A stretch of DNA of 64,000 nucleotides from Haplodiscus bocki (Eukaryota). The stretch lies in NCBI GenBank assembly GCA_965655095.1, contig OZ296651.1:30752001-30816000 (forward strand), given 5' to 3'. Under the pieces are notes generated by a model that saw nothing but the letters and a program-made list of their open reading frames with translations, ran no database searches and was not told the origin of the DNA. A program made the position numbers and the translations under genes. Positions 11,523 through 25,000 of the stretch are shown one piece after another (within the stretch, counting starts at the first letter, position 1; each line of letters begins with the position of its first letter).

Positions 11523-13668
11523 GTAAGTTGTCTATCCTGGTTTTTGTATGCAATCTTTTATACGTTAGTGTTACTTTTTTTGACACAAGCGCTGAAATGC
11601 TTTCAGCTATTTTTACCAACAATTTCGGAACTTCAGGTGTCTCGTTTTGTTGCTAGTCTTCTTGCATCAGACCGGTTTGTGCTATTGTTCTCAGGTAGTC
11701 ATTTCGGCACTTTGCGTGACCTGAAGAGTTATTACTTTCACAAGTTAAATTACTGTTGAATTACTATAAATTAATGGTTGTAGGGAGAATCGAGGCGTGC
11801 AAACTATCTCAGAGCCACCATTCAAGTTCTAAGTGATAGTGTGGTCCAGTCAGTATATTTCGTTCATTCGCAATCAGTGTCAATGTTAAATAGAATTTAG
11901 TTTGTTGCTTTTCCAGGGCTGCCTTCGATTTCTTGAAGATTTACGAACTATTTAACATGAGCGATACCTAAAGAATATCAATTTATACGTAACAAATAAA
12001 TACAAATATTTCAAGCTAAGTCCGAGAATGGGCTCAAATTACGGGACGTTTTAAAATACCACTATAAGTAAAGCTTCAGAGCATTATTAAGTTGATCACT
12101 GTTTCAGGTCTGAAATGGTCACGTGAGTACTGTTAAAGTATTCTGAAATTCAATGCCTAGGAAATCAATTGTAAATATTCAAGTTGATTAATTTGCTCAA
12201 GCACTTTTGAAAATGTCTTCTGATGGAATGCAATTCCGTGTGTTTGCGGTACATGAGTAACGTTAGGCTTATGTATGAAAGACGACTGCGGTCGTCGTTT
12301 ATGGTAACTTTGTGGATTCGTTTGATGTTAATGCCATGTTGGCTATGATCAACTGTAATGGAAAGCATACGGATAAATCCATTGCAACAGGTTTCTAATG
12401 CATGATAATTTTGCATGGCACCACAGGGATTAGAAAGGAGTTTTGACTTGAAAAATGGAGTATGGAAGGTCGTGGATTTCCCTTCAAGATAGTTGGTATC
12501 TGGGACCGGAGAGTGTGCTTTTTACTCTTTCTAAATGAAAAAAAGAAAGTGTATTGGAAACTGGCTCATGCATAGTTTTATCCTGTCCAAAATTTGCATT
12601 TTGGGACGTCATCGGAGAGTCTAATTTAAACGGTCAAAAAGGGCCTTTTTTTTCAAACACCTTGGCTGGTGCTTGTTGATTTTCGCCTACTGAAAAGTGC
12701 AAAATTTTTGAATTTGAGTCTGACAATTGAACAACAGCGTTCTAAAGATAATGTTTCACATAAAAATGTTTTGAATGAGACAATGTGGGTAAGGTATTGG
12801 GTGTCTTTATTTAAAGAGTTATACTAAAAAATTGTGTTTATCAAAACTCAAAGTGCTTAATATGAGTAAACAAGGCATCGGAATGTCTTTCAAGTGGGAA
12901 CATACCGCTCGTCAATCATAAAAATGGCACTGAATTCGATCTCAAATTGTGAAAATTTTGGTTCAGATTATGAAAGTTGTTTACACTTATTTGACCGAAA
13001 TGAGACAACTTTCTGTTTGTTGTTTTAATTAGGGGTCACAAATAAGTCTTCATGATTCGCTAGTGAGATCAAAGTTTTTGAAGCGGTTTTGTTAACTAGT
13101 GTTACCGATTTTCAGAGCTATAAATTGTTCAGGCAATTTTTTTTGGGATACCTAGTTTTGTTCATTTTTGCGTTGTTCACTGTCTGAATTTTTCAGAAAT
13201 TGGGCTACAAAATTGCGATTCTTGGAAGACATGACTGAGCGATTAAATTTTGACTATTAGACACTGACAGTATCTAGTATGAATTGCACTTTTTGGGGCA
13301 AATTTTTGACAGGCAGATGGTGCAGTATTTCTACAAGTATCAATCCTTGATGTATCTGATCATGGTTCAAATATCTCAGGAGCTTTAGTTTCAGCTTTAT
13401 TTTTGACTTCAACTGACAAGTCAGAATGAGTTGCGAAGTTCCGGTTCACCTCTGTGTCAGATGTTTTTCGGTCCAGAGGCCGTAAAATTTATCCTGATTG
13501 TTTTTTGGCATCATTCTTATTGGTAGACGAAGAGTTACTGCTCGTTTTGGAGGAGAATCTCGTAATTTTCGGGTGTTCTTGCTGTTTTCACAGTAACCCT
13601 AACTCAGTGTTTTTTATTGCGGGCTTATGCCAAGGCATTTTTTGGCTCAGTTTCAGCTGATCTTTTAA

Positions 13669-14638
13669 TGTTATGCCCATCTCTGCCTTTACACAACCCT
13701 AAAATAAACCAAAATTGATGATTTTGAATCTACGTCTTCGCCCAGAATCGCTCCTAATGAACATCTTGGCAGTAATTCTAGTACCAAAGGCTTTCAATTC
13801 TTCAGGAAGTTTTCTGGGGAAAATCCATTGGGCGACCGAATAGTTAGCACTCCGTTGCGTTCTCATTTTTCTCGAAGTCCCTGGTCGGTTTCGGTGCAAA
13901 GAGTCCTGAGCAGAAACATTAGGTGTCGAAAAAGGTTCAGTTGCCCTTGACAATGCGTGTCGGTACCCTTTGTTCGCTCGCTACCAACAGCAAGAACGCG
14001 AGAAGATCGAAGAAAAGCAGATCGAATACAGTTAGATCTTCAAGTAAGTCAAGATATCTTACAAGAATCACTGAACCGTCTCCAACAGAAGAGAGAAACG
14101 TCTATTGTTGTGCCCGGAGCTCGGCCACAACGAAGGAAAAGCGAAAATTTCCTGGAAATTCCAAGAGTGATTTCTGCTCCAAAAACTGATTTCTGCAGTT
14201 TTTGTTGGACTTTTAACCATTTTTGCTTTGGAGGCCAGGACTGCGACACTACACCGCCAATTTTTGCCCATTTCCCAATTTTTGCCACCCCGAGAGCAGT
14301 TGGTAGTCTTAATTGGGCCCAGGAGAAGCCGCCGCTCACCCCCTAGGACGCCAAAACCATCAAAAGTAAGCTGTGTTGGGGCGTTTTTTGAAGAATCTGA
14401 TACCAGAGAGCTTAGTGCTCCAACTTTGAACAGTAGCAGCACCCGCTTTTGGATTGATCAGAGATCGGCTGCACAACCTGTGACGATTTACCAAATTGGG
14501 GGTATTTGGTCTTTTCGGCAAACAGAAATAGCTAAAAAACCACGAAAAAACCCCTTTTTGGAGATACCCGCAAAGGCAAGGTTTTCCGGATCCGAAATTA
14601 TGATCAGGGCCGAAAGTGTCTATCTGATCGTGGATTCA
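13669..14638 (+). repeat. Candidate 5' LTR of Gypsy-2
   Basis: Starts TGTTATG and ends TTCA, followed after 4 nt by PBS-like TGGTGACCC (14643). Only weak patchy similarity to 34500-34800. Confidence 0.4.
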
Positions 14639-15599
14639 AAATTGGTGACCCACCGTTGGCTCTTTTGCCACTTTTTGAGTCGATCGGTGAAAATTTGAAT
14701 TTTTTTCTTGAGTTTTCAGGAATTTAGCGTCATCCCAGAAAAAAGATGGAGAAGTCAAGAAAGCCGAAATTTTTCTCAAACTGTCGCTAGGCCTACAGTA
14801 ATCTGGGACAACGATCACATCTCTTTTCTTGGGTGAAGTAGAGGAGATTATCTGAAATTCCGAAAATTGAAAAGACGAAGTTGACGGGAATTCAATTTTT
14901 TCACAACCCCTGGTGTCCAAAAACGTGAGTTCCAAAGATGCCGATGTGGTAAATCTGGCGAAACCTCCAGGTAAACCAACAACTTTTGATAGCCGTTGTG
15001 TGCAAGAAAATCATTCAACGGACGTAGAAGAGAGGTAAGAGTGGCCTAGAACAACAGAGCAAGAAATTGGTTGGCGACCAGACGATTGGACGACCAGAGG
15101 CAAAAAAGGAGGAACATTATGACTTCATCCTCCTTGAAAATAGTCCGGGAATCGCCTTCAACACCCGCCACTAGATGATAATTTCATGTCAACAGGTGGA
15201 GTTGGACACGACAATCTGGACTTGCGCCGCCCTGGTAAAGCAGTTTGAACATGAGTAGTGAAATAGTCGCCTTTAGACGTAAGGACCACAAAGACCTTGC
15301 GAAATTCTTTTCGTTGTCCTGTCGAATCTTAGGATAACTTTGGCAAAGCTAGTAACTGTTGTTCCCAGGATGAGGACAGGCAGCTTGGGCGCTTGAATAG
15401 CCTCGACCAAGAGCTGGATAGAAAAATGCACCCTTTTCCCAAAGTGAGACAGGATAGGATAATCAAAAACAACAGCTGGTGGAAATCAGCCGTCATTTTG
15501 ATAGCAAAACTTGCAATATTAAGCGGACTCGATTTGCCGAATGTGAGGCCCTCAGAATCCAATGAAGCATAGACAATATGCAAGACGTTGTGACTATCT

Positions 15600-18500
15600 T
15601 GGAATCGACTGTAACTTTTGGAAAGTTCTTCCTTTCAAATACAGCAAAAAATGATCCAAGTGCTAGAGCGCGTCAAATGTTTTCAAGGAAACCAGCAGAA
15701 GGAACAGCGTCCAGTATCCACTGCAGGGTGTCAAGTAAGGATGGCTTTTGAAAGAATCAGAGTTTTGGCGCCATTACATAAGTTGAGTCAACCTTGTCTA
15801 CTCGAAGTTCTAAAATTTAAATGCGACCAAAATGTATGCCACCGCCACTGAAGGAGGGAGATAAGCACAGGTCTCCGTGACATCAGAAGGAACCGGAAAC
15901 TTGACCACCGATGTCTCATTTTTTTCTTGGGTACCAGACAGATGAAGTTGATTGGCGACCGTAGAAAAAACGTGGGAACTCAATTTGACATCTGATCAGG
16001 ATATGCGCCAAGTCTCAGAGCCTGCTGGAGCGTGCACGCACGCGATTGGCACCAACGTCACTAAATTGATGGTTGACAAGCTTTCAAAAACGATTTCCAA
16101 AAGCCTTCATGCTCTTGTGCAAAGGACCGACGTGATGTGGAGAGCCACAAATTTCAAGGAAAACGACAGTAGAAATGTCGAAGGATGTATCACTGTCATT
16201 AAGTTTATAACCAAAGCTTCTCAATCACCAGTGGAGGATCCTTATAAGGTGTGGCTAGTAATCAACTTCTTGAAAGGTGAAACGATAGGCTTCGTTTTCT
16301 ACAAAGCTCTGTCCAAGATTGGGGAACCGGAGCAAAACTTCCAGTTACTGTTACGAAGATTTGGACTGGGTGCTCAAGAGAGCCCAATTCAGGGGCTCCT
16401 TTGCCAACTGATAGCATAAGCTAAGAGAATCCAATATGCAGTAGTTTGATGAAATAGAAGGGTTGACGAGCGAGCGAAACGCGAAGGATTTTTCTGAAAT
16501 TCGTTGTTATGAAATCAAGCAAAACTTCATGGCGAGGCTAATGAACCGAGGCCTACCTCGGAGCCTTGCCTCGCAGAACGCAGAGGAAGGCTACGTAGAA
16601 TAACCTCCCACTGTAGGAGAATTGAGATATTTGGCCTAAGACAGGATGGGAATGGGAGAACAATACCATCAAGGGGCAGAGCCAAGACCCATACCCTACA
16701 ATCCGAACCAATTGACACTAGCAGCCCCTAGCCCCGCAGTACCAGTAGCAATTCCCCAGCCAACCTTGGAGCCACCCAAGTCTGTAGACAACATAGTTCG
16801 ATATCTGATCCGGGGGATGTCCCATGTCATGTTCCAATTGTTTCCAATTTAGACCCTATGCAATGGTTGTGAACTACCGCGAAGGTACGGCAACTTAACG
16901 CAACCTGTCATCATCGTGTCCAACCGAACCGAAATGAAACCACCCGAACGATGAACTTGAAGAATCCTTCAACTGTGAACCTCTTCTGTTCCAGATGTGG
17001 AGAAAGGCAACATTTGGATTCTAGTTGCACCGACAGTGCTAAGGATTATGCAGAGGCTACCTGAGCATGGTATCAAAATCAACTGGACCAAATCAGGCTT
17101 CGATCAAATGCAGAATCCCAACAAAATTATTAAATATTTTCCGTGATTAATCACAAAGTTCCAATGCAAAATTGCGCGATTTCCCGACGAGTTCAATTGT
17201 AGATAGATCCATCCACAAAAAGAGCGAGCTACCTTTACCTTGGACTTGTAACTATCCCATGTGCGCCAATTTGAACCCCGTTTCACCCGTCAGGAGCTGG
17301 CATGCAGTTTGAATTTACGTACTCAGCGAATCATATCGGGAGGAAAAGTTAAACCACCATGGAAAGTCGCTGGACCTTTGCTAGCGTGGTTATGCATCGT
17401 GAAAGAGACCTCAAAACGGAAGCTATGCTAGTGCAAGGTTATTTCAATGAAAAAAAGTTTTTGGCAAGTCGGAGGTTGTTACTTGAATTCGCGGGAGACC
17501 ACATTGATCAGAATGCAACATTTGTTTTGATTTTTTCAGTGCGACAACGGTCAGTGAATTTGTGTAGAATAATCGATGCTGTGGCTGGAGCCTCAGTAAT
17601 GACAATCTAAGCTCGGCTGAAAATAGCTTCGATTGACCAACGCAGCTTGTTACCCCAACATATCAATCGTTTAAAAGAAAACAGACTGGGCATTCACACC
17701 TTGGGAGTAGCGGAATGAGTGTTCTTCATGCAAGCAGGATTCATGTTGCAAGCTAGCTTTGTTGTGGTTGATGACTCTCTATCTAATAACTTCATTCTGG
17801 GAAAATCATTCCTGAGACAATACGACGTGTAGGTAGATTTGAAGTCAAAGAAACCCGTCATCGGTGATCCCCATCAAGATACTTGACAGCAGCTTTCATG
17901 AGGTATGTATTGGAGTGCCGACGTATCCCCTTAGAGTCACGGAAAAAAATTCAAACAATGGGAATCCAAAATAAAAAGAAAGTTGAAGATGAGGGGTCAT
18001 TCAGATTGGTTAAATGTATTTGAACTGGTCTCTGTCATCAAGAGTGAACCCCTTCCTCAATTGTTTTTCCTTTTAGCTGACACTGTAAAGATCGTGCAGC
18101 AGAAACAATCCATTTTCTGCTTCATGAGAAATGATACCCGTGAACCGAATGTTCGACAAGTTGATAATATCATTGGAGAAATTTTTGGAACGCAGCAAAG
18201 TGACTCAAAATTGAAATTTGAACCAAATTGTGAACGTGAATGAAAACAGACATGATGTGAAAGTGATTAATAGTGTTTCAATTAATTTATTATCTGAAAG
18301 TGAGTTCCTGTTCAGCTCTGAGTTGCTCCTAAATGATAATAGTGTTTATGAAGTGGACAAAACTGGATCGAGCGTTATCGGAGGCCATCCCAGCTCCGAT
18401 ATTACACCGGTAGGAAATGCTTGGGGATTTAAAGAAACAGGAGTGGATAATCTGGATGAAATATGAAGACAACTCCATGAGACATATAGGCGATCCAGGT

Positions 18501-19088
18501 AGATGTACTTTGTTGGAACACATAATAGAACTAAATCCTAATGCCAATCTGCTTCGAGAGGGAGCTAGACGAATTTCTCGTGATAAGGCAGAGAAACCCA
18601 ACCGAGAAATTTGCTCTTGTTGGCCATAGGCAAGATTGAACCATCTTACTCGCCCTGCGAAAGTGGAGTGATCATGGTAAAGAAATGCGCTTCTGTTTTG
18701 ACTTCTGACAACTTACTGATGTTACTGTCAAGACGTCTATATCTCTTGCCTTGGATCGACGGAAGTTCTGCCTATTGGGCAAAACTAAATATTTCACCAC
18801 CTCAGATCTAACCTCAGCTTTCTGTCCAGTTGCTTTGAAGACAAAATATCGACCAAAAACTGGTTTTGTGTGCAAGCTAGGCTTTCTGGAGTGGAAGAGA
18901 ATGCCCGTCGGCCTTTGCAATACAACTGCCTTCTTCCAGGGATCAATGAACTAACTTTATCATCAGCAGAAGAGCAAACTGGCAGCATGATTATCTGCTA
19001 CATTGATGATTTCATCCTTGCTATTGAAACGGTTGAGGAGCATTTCGTTCGATTGAGAGATGTTTTCGATTGTGTCAGAGACATAGGA
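15600..19088 (+). pseudogene. Gypsy-2 gag-protease-RT (5' part)
   Basis: CSRCGERQHLDSSC (CX2CX4HX4C, ~16987), IIDAVAGASVM protease relic, KYFTTSDLTSAF...EWKRMPVGLCN and CYIDDF (YIDD at 18999-19010). Confidence 0.85.
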
Positions 19089-19771
19089 CCTAGCGCTGGA
19101 GGCTAAGGTCAAAATAGGGCCGTTGTCTGAGAGTAGTCGGCTTTGAGTATTGACGATGCTGATTTTATAGTACACGAACATTCATAATTTACGTCCTATG
19201 TACAATCCTCAGTTCAATAATTCGAGCCAAGGTTTGAAGGACTTTTTTTCCATATATGCGCTATATTTTCCAAAAGGTGAGCACAACGACAAGAGCAGGA
19301 TCCTATATCAGGATTAGACCCTCGGCAAAAGTTAATCGGAGAATATTAAGACGTACTAAAGAAATGTTGGAAAAAACGATTTGAAGAGTAACACATTAAG
19401 TGTCAGAAGTGGCAACTGAGGGGTAGCCATGTATACATTAAGTTGCAAATAGAGTAGTAATCGGGAAAACAATTGCAATTCACATGCAGCACACGGGAGA
19501 AAAGGTTCATTTTAACGATCGTTTAAGAAATTTTTATTCAACAATGAGATTGACGAAACTGAAAATTATGAAAATGGGTTCTAAAAGCAATAATAAAAGC
19601 CCTGGAACAGAATTAAAAGAGTTCTAACAGTAGGGAAAACATTAAACTAGTGTTATTCTTTTCAGTTGTGCCACATTTCAGTGGGCTCATCCGATAAGAC
19701 AAAATCTGTCACTTTAGATATAGTAGACAGATGAAGATCAGATTAAATGTAAGTTACATCACTGGTCGATT

Positions 19772-20791
19772 CTATGGGTGAGGTGGCCTGGGGTTTTTCA
19801 AACTCTGCATTCTTGTTGTTAGGTCACAGTTGGGTTGTAGAGACACAATGTGGAACTCGTGCACTTCTTGAAAGGAGTCTCCTTCTGTTTTCGATGGCTT
19901 GAACCACCCAATAACCTTGAAGGCCTCGAACAAAAGCTTTCTAGTCTCTTCCGGTTCAAGAGTGTGCCTATTAATTTCCTTCACCAATTCGCCCAAACAC
20001 TTCTGAAAATTGAGGTTATTGAAGGTGTTTGGATCGTTCGGACGCAAATGTTCATGATTGTTTCTGACTAGTTTTGCGAACGAGACGGAGATAAAAGAAG
20101 ATTTCTGATGGTTTGTGCGATCAAGCTGAAGTTCGTCGCACTTAACATGGGTCCTGACACCCCAAGTACCGTAGCCGTCTTTCTCCACACAAGCGCAATG
20201 AGTTTTTTTGGCCACTTTCCGTCACAGAATGCCCCCTTACATAGGTCCAATGTTGGCATGACGAATTTTAGCTCGACGCTCGTCGACTTGAAATGAAAGA
20301 AACGGATGTCATTTTCACTTTCGATATGGAAGGGTGGCAGTTCTCGGAAGGAAATATCTTTAATATTTCCAACAGGCACTAGTGGTTCTGCAGTCGCAAT
20401 CAGGACCTTGTCCCTTTATCCTTGGTTAAAGAACAGCTACCACACATCCGGGAGTGATTTTGGTGTTGTAACGCGTAATCACACGACTCTCTTTCTCTTC
20501 ACTCCTGAAAAGGGCGACTACTTTGTTAGAAGTTGGGTGGCAAAATAGAAAAAATCCGTCGTAGCTAGACTGCTGCATTTTCATCTTTGCCGGTTTTTGT
20601 CCACCACTTGAAAACGTTGTCTTGAACTTTAGGGGCTCAGTGGATCGTTCACCATGCAAATACACCAGATGTAACTTCTGAAGTTCAGAATCAGCACCAG
20701 AAAGTAAATCTGGCAACAGCTTTAATTCATATTCAGCAATATGGGTTCGTTCTGCCTCCACGCTCAACGATGTAGGTAGTGAAGAGTTCAT
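19772..20791 (-). pseudogene. Helitron accessory ORF, Cys-cluster protein, possibly OB-fold/RPA-like (frameshifted)
   Basis: ORFs 20426-20815, 20068-20379 and 19772-20215 join into one ~340-codon frame with CKGAFCD...HCAC and a beta-rich end FKVIGWFKP...FHIVSLQP. The function is inferred only. Confidence 0.45.
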
Positions 20792-22099
20792 TTCAGAGAA
20801 GCTGAAAAGTGTCAACTAATGAAACAGGCACGCAAAAAGGCACTCCGGACTGCTTTCAGAACGAGGGGGAAGTTATTGACTGTGCTCTTTTTGGTAGCAA
20901 TTGTGAAGTGTTTTCAATACAAATATGTCGAAAAAAAACTTTTCAGACTAGGTTAGTGCATTCACTCCAGGCTTCAATTTATGTCGATATTACCTGGCCA
21001 AGTAGTGGAAAAAGTAATATCGTCAATTTCGTCACAAAGTTAATGTACTTTTTAACACAGTGTCTCTTGAACAGAGGGGTTAATTTGGTTGATGTGAATG
21101 GGCACATAAAAGTTTTTCAACTGAGTCGCAACACTTACCGTGGGAAGCCCATTGACAGTATCAGCAGTATGCGTGATTACTTCGCGGGAAAAAATCCGAG
21201 AAATCTATGAAGTCAATTCTGGTGGCACTTTCAGTCAATTATGAACGTTTTCTTTCGGATGTAATTTACGCTGATGGAGAAGAGCTGGTATTGTGTATAG
21301 GATTGTTTTCGCAGAATATTTGAAACTCAAATCAATGTAATTCAAAACTGTATGAAGAGCATTACAGGCAAAACATAGCCTCAGCGACATTTTGACAACG
21401 TTCAAAGTTCCTAAGGAAACCGAAATTTAAAGGCATAGCAAACTTTAAAAATTTCGGGATAGCTTAAGCTCCTCAGTTAAATGTACATCAACGAAGTTTT
21501 GAAAGGATGAAGCAGAAAATATCATTTCACTCTCAGGAGGAAAAATAGAAACTAAGTCTGTTTCATCAGAAATCAGTTGGGGAACAATACTAACTTGAAA
21601 CTGCGTGAAAAAGCCCGCGCTCAGCTTTATCAGGCAGCGCCCGGGCAACCGGCATATGAAGGATGTGACTTGTAAGTTATGATGAAGTTGTATTGACAAG
21701 TTCAGAAGAACACACTGTTGTCACGGGATTTCGAGCTTCAACTATTATAATAAGAGACTTCGTTTAAACACAATCAACGGAACATTATTTTACCAATTTA
21801 GTGGCAATTTAGCAAATTTTACAAAAGCATCAAATTTGTAGGGGTCCGAATTCACTGATGAACGAGAGCTTAATGACTTCAACGAATTAGGGACAAGCTT
21901 TTTCATTGGAAAAGAAAATTGAGTTCCCAGGTACCCACTTTCTTGCAACTTTACCCACAGTTGCTAGTCGAGTAAAGGGGGAAAAATTTATTTTTTGCAT
22001 CATTGGGAAAAAATGTTCGCGTATCAACTTGGTCACTTTTCTGGTAGTGGAGCAAAAAAGGTAGCACTTAACTTGAACCTTATTTTCCTCCATGGTACT

Positions 22100-25000
22100 T
22101 CCAAGAGATAGTTTTACCGGTAACAACTGCATGTAGACCAGCAATGCTGATTTTGCTTTCCTCAAAGCATCTCAGAAACAAGTCTAGTACTTCAGCCGCC
22201 GATCCTTGCCCGTTTCTGGCGTTGAAACTTGAGAAGAATTCGCATTCGCTGAGGATTTTCTCGAGATCTATACGTTCTTGCCTGTTTTTTTCCCGTTAGG
22301 TCACTGAAACCTGTCGCGAAGCACAGTACACCCCAAGGTCTAAGGTGGATCTGATTGGTCAAGTACGATTCGCTGCCTGAAATATGCTCACGTAGACGTC
22401 GCCGTAAGTCTGAAGTTTGCCCGACGTATGTACTTGTGACATCTTTAGTACTAACCAGAAGGTAAACAAATCCCACCTCACCTGGTGGTAATTCAATTTT
22501 TCGAGGTGTGAACGGCGAAAGGTTTGCTATGTGTAGTGAGCTTGATGGCTGATTGGAGGTAATATTGACGAGTCTTTCCGTGAATTCGTCCCACTGGGAG
22601 GACTGTTTGAGAAGTCTTCTTATTGCATCTAAAGTGACATGTTTATATCGCCCAAAAAGGTTATGTCACCCAAATTTTGAACTCGGCTTACCAGAACATA
22701 CAGCTGGTCTCTCTCCCAAAGGCATTATTCGCGTTCGAAACAATCAATTTTTGTGATAATTTTACCAATGGTTTCCCCCATAGCTTTATGTATAGTCATC
22801 GCCATGAAATTTTTCAACGGAAATTGAATATGTCTAATAGATGAACCATGGAAATTATTCACAAATCCAGATTGTTTATACAGTGAGACGTCGAACCAAC
22901 CATTATCATAAAACATGTACATTCCTCGGCTATTTTTCGGAGGCAACTTCCGGACACCAGGCGGGGCTACAATAACATCAATTTTTTTGTGGCCGTCGAA
23001 ATTTTTGAAAACACACATTTGACCTTGCGAAACGTTGAGTGCCGGCATGTTTACGGTTAACCTCAGCAAAGCATTTTCGTAGCAGTAAAGTTTTTCCGGT
23101 TCGAAACAAACTCGATTGAGAGCGTTTTTTATATAAGCAGGAGCAGCGTTCCAATTACTTGAGCAATTCACTTTCACTTCGTCTACACTTGGTATTTTCG
23201 TAACGACTTGGCCAGATGTTGATACTCTTTCAATTTGGGCATGAATTGCAGTCCATTCTGCCGCACGAGTTCCAGAAACTCGTACAGCATCAATTGGACT
23301 GCTATCAAAATCACAGAAATGGGAATTTTTGTCGAAAGCTTTCAAATTTTGTCCGATTTCGGACTCAAGAATTTTTCGGTACAGACAGCATTTCAAAAAA
23401 CTGACGACCAACGAAATTAGTCATCCTAACGCATTTTTTCCAGGCAAACATTCTCACGCTACTTAAAATGATAGGAGATGTCCAAATTAGACGACCTTGA
23501 GGAAGCGGAAGTTGTTTGGGATCGCCTGTTCCGACAATGAGAATCCCACCAAACGGTGCAAAACTTTCACTCGCTTTGAAGTATATAATCGATAACAGCG
23601 AATTTTTCAGCTGAAACCATACCAATCTCCTCGAAATACAATATGTCGATTCGTTTGATTAGGAATTGCTTGAAAATATCATTTTTCAGTTTTTGCATTC
23701 TCTTTTGCACAATAGTATTGACGTTTAAGGTACTACTAACCGGCAAACAGAATAGGTCTTGTATATGCATGGCTGCGAAAAGCATTGCCCGCTCACTACT
23801 CAATGATGTTACCAAGACGTTCAAACCCTGGCAAAAAGCATAAAGAAGAGCGTTAGTAATAAAGAAAGTTTTTCCAGAGCCAGACATTGCAACGACGAAT
23901 CGATGTTTGAAAGAATTGGCGGTAAAATTTCTGAATTCGTCAATAGTTTTCAAGGGCAAAATAACGAGCATTTGCTTTTCGTTGAAAACAACATTTGGCG
24001 ACTCAATAGGGCTACATTGAAGAGGCGTGTCCAAGTTGCAATCAAGAATCTGATTAACTGGAGGTTTTTCTGTGTCGAATACGAGTTCATGTATTTGTGT
24101 TGTAACATTTGATAATTTTTGTCTCACGGACTCCAAAAGTTCTTTCGTGCACTCTTCCTGCAAAGCAGCATAAACAATCGTGGGTGTTTCGAGAATGTCG
24201 TTATTGTTGCTCAAAGTGCTCAAAGCAACTTTAGCGTCAACGATCTGACGATCCTGAGAAATGTGTGATCCGGGAATATACACCACGCGTTTCAAAACGA
24301 AACGTTTTAAATTTGCATTTGTTTCTGAATCTGTAATTAAGTTAGCGTCTGAGACTAAACCTGCCTTCTCAAAAGCAGGGGGAAGGGTTCCACCCTGAAA
24401 AAAAGTCGAACTCTGTTTCAAACCTTCCGAACTGAAGCAGCAAACTAATCAGAAAGTTCGGAATGTGTCTAGGCAGTGTGTTAGGAAAAACTACAACCAA
24501 AGGCTTCGCTTCTGAAGTCCGTTCATCAACTAAATGGGAACAATAACCACTTCGGAATACATTTTGGTAATGGGTAGCAAACTGAGCGTATTTTTTACGA
24601 TTGGGACTTTGGTAACTTTCGGAGAGAAGTTCGAGAAATTTTTCAGTGCCGCCCGGTCTTAAGCGAATCAAATTTCCTTGTGGCGTCAATGCAAGAACTT
24701 GTCTCCAGATTCTCACTCAAAGGATTCTGCAATTTTGGAACTCTTATCTTTTTGAATGAGAAATATCGGAAATATAGTTCTGAGTCATTAACGAAATGTA
24801 ACTCAGGAGGTCTGAGCTCGAATAACGACACTTTGTCGATTGTTAGACTCGAATGGATATATTCCCGCAGAGTTTTGTCTTGGTTTTCACTGCACAATCG
24901 GTTTTGTGGTAAGTGTATAGTTTTTCTAAATCTGACGAAATTGTAGTCTTGATCGTTTTGACCGAACATATCAATGAAGCGGTTGTACTTTGTCCTGCGT

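Noticed and set aside
11523-11759. Transmembrane C-terminus of ORF 10947-11759
   Set aside because: It begins exactly at a canonical GTAAGT donor and is T-rich intron read-through. A retained-intron isoform cannot be excluded but is unsupported.
13699-14935. Cluster of overlapping ORFs on both strands
   Set aside because: No motifs; they lie in the candidate LTR/leader of Gypsy-2 and look like chance ORFs.
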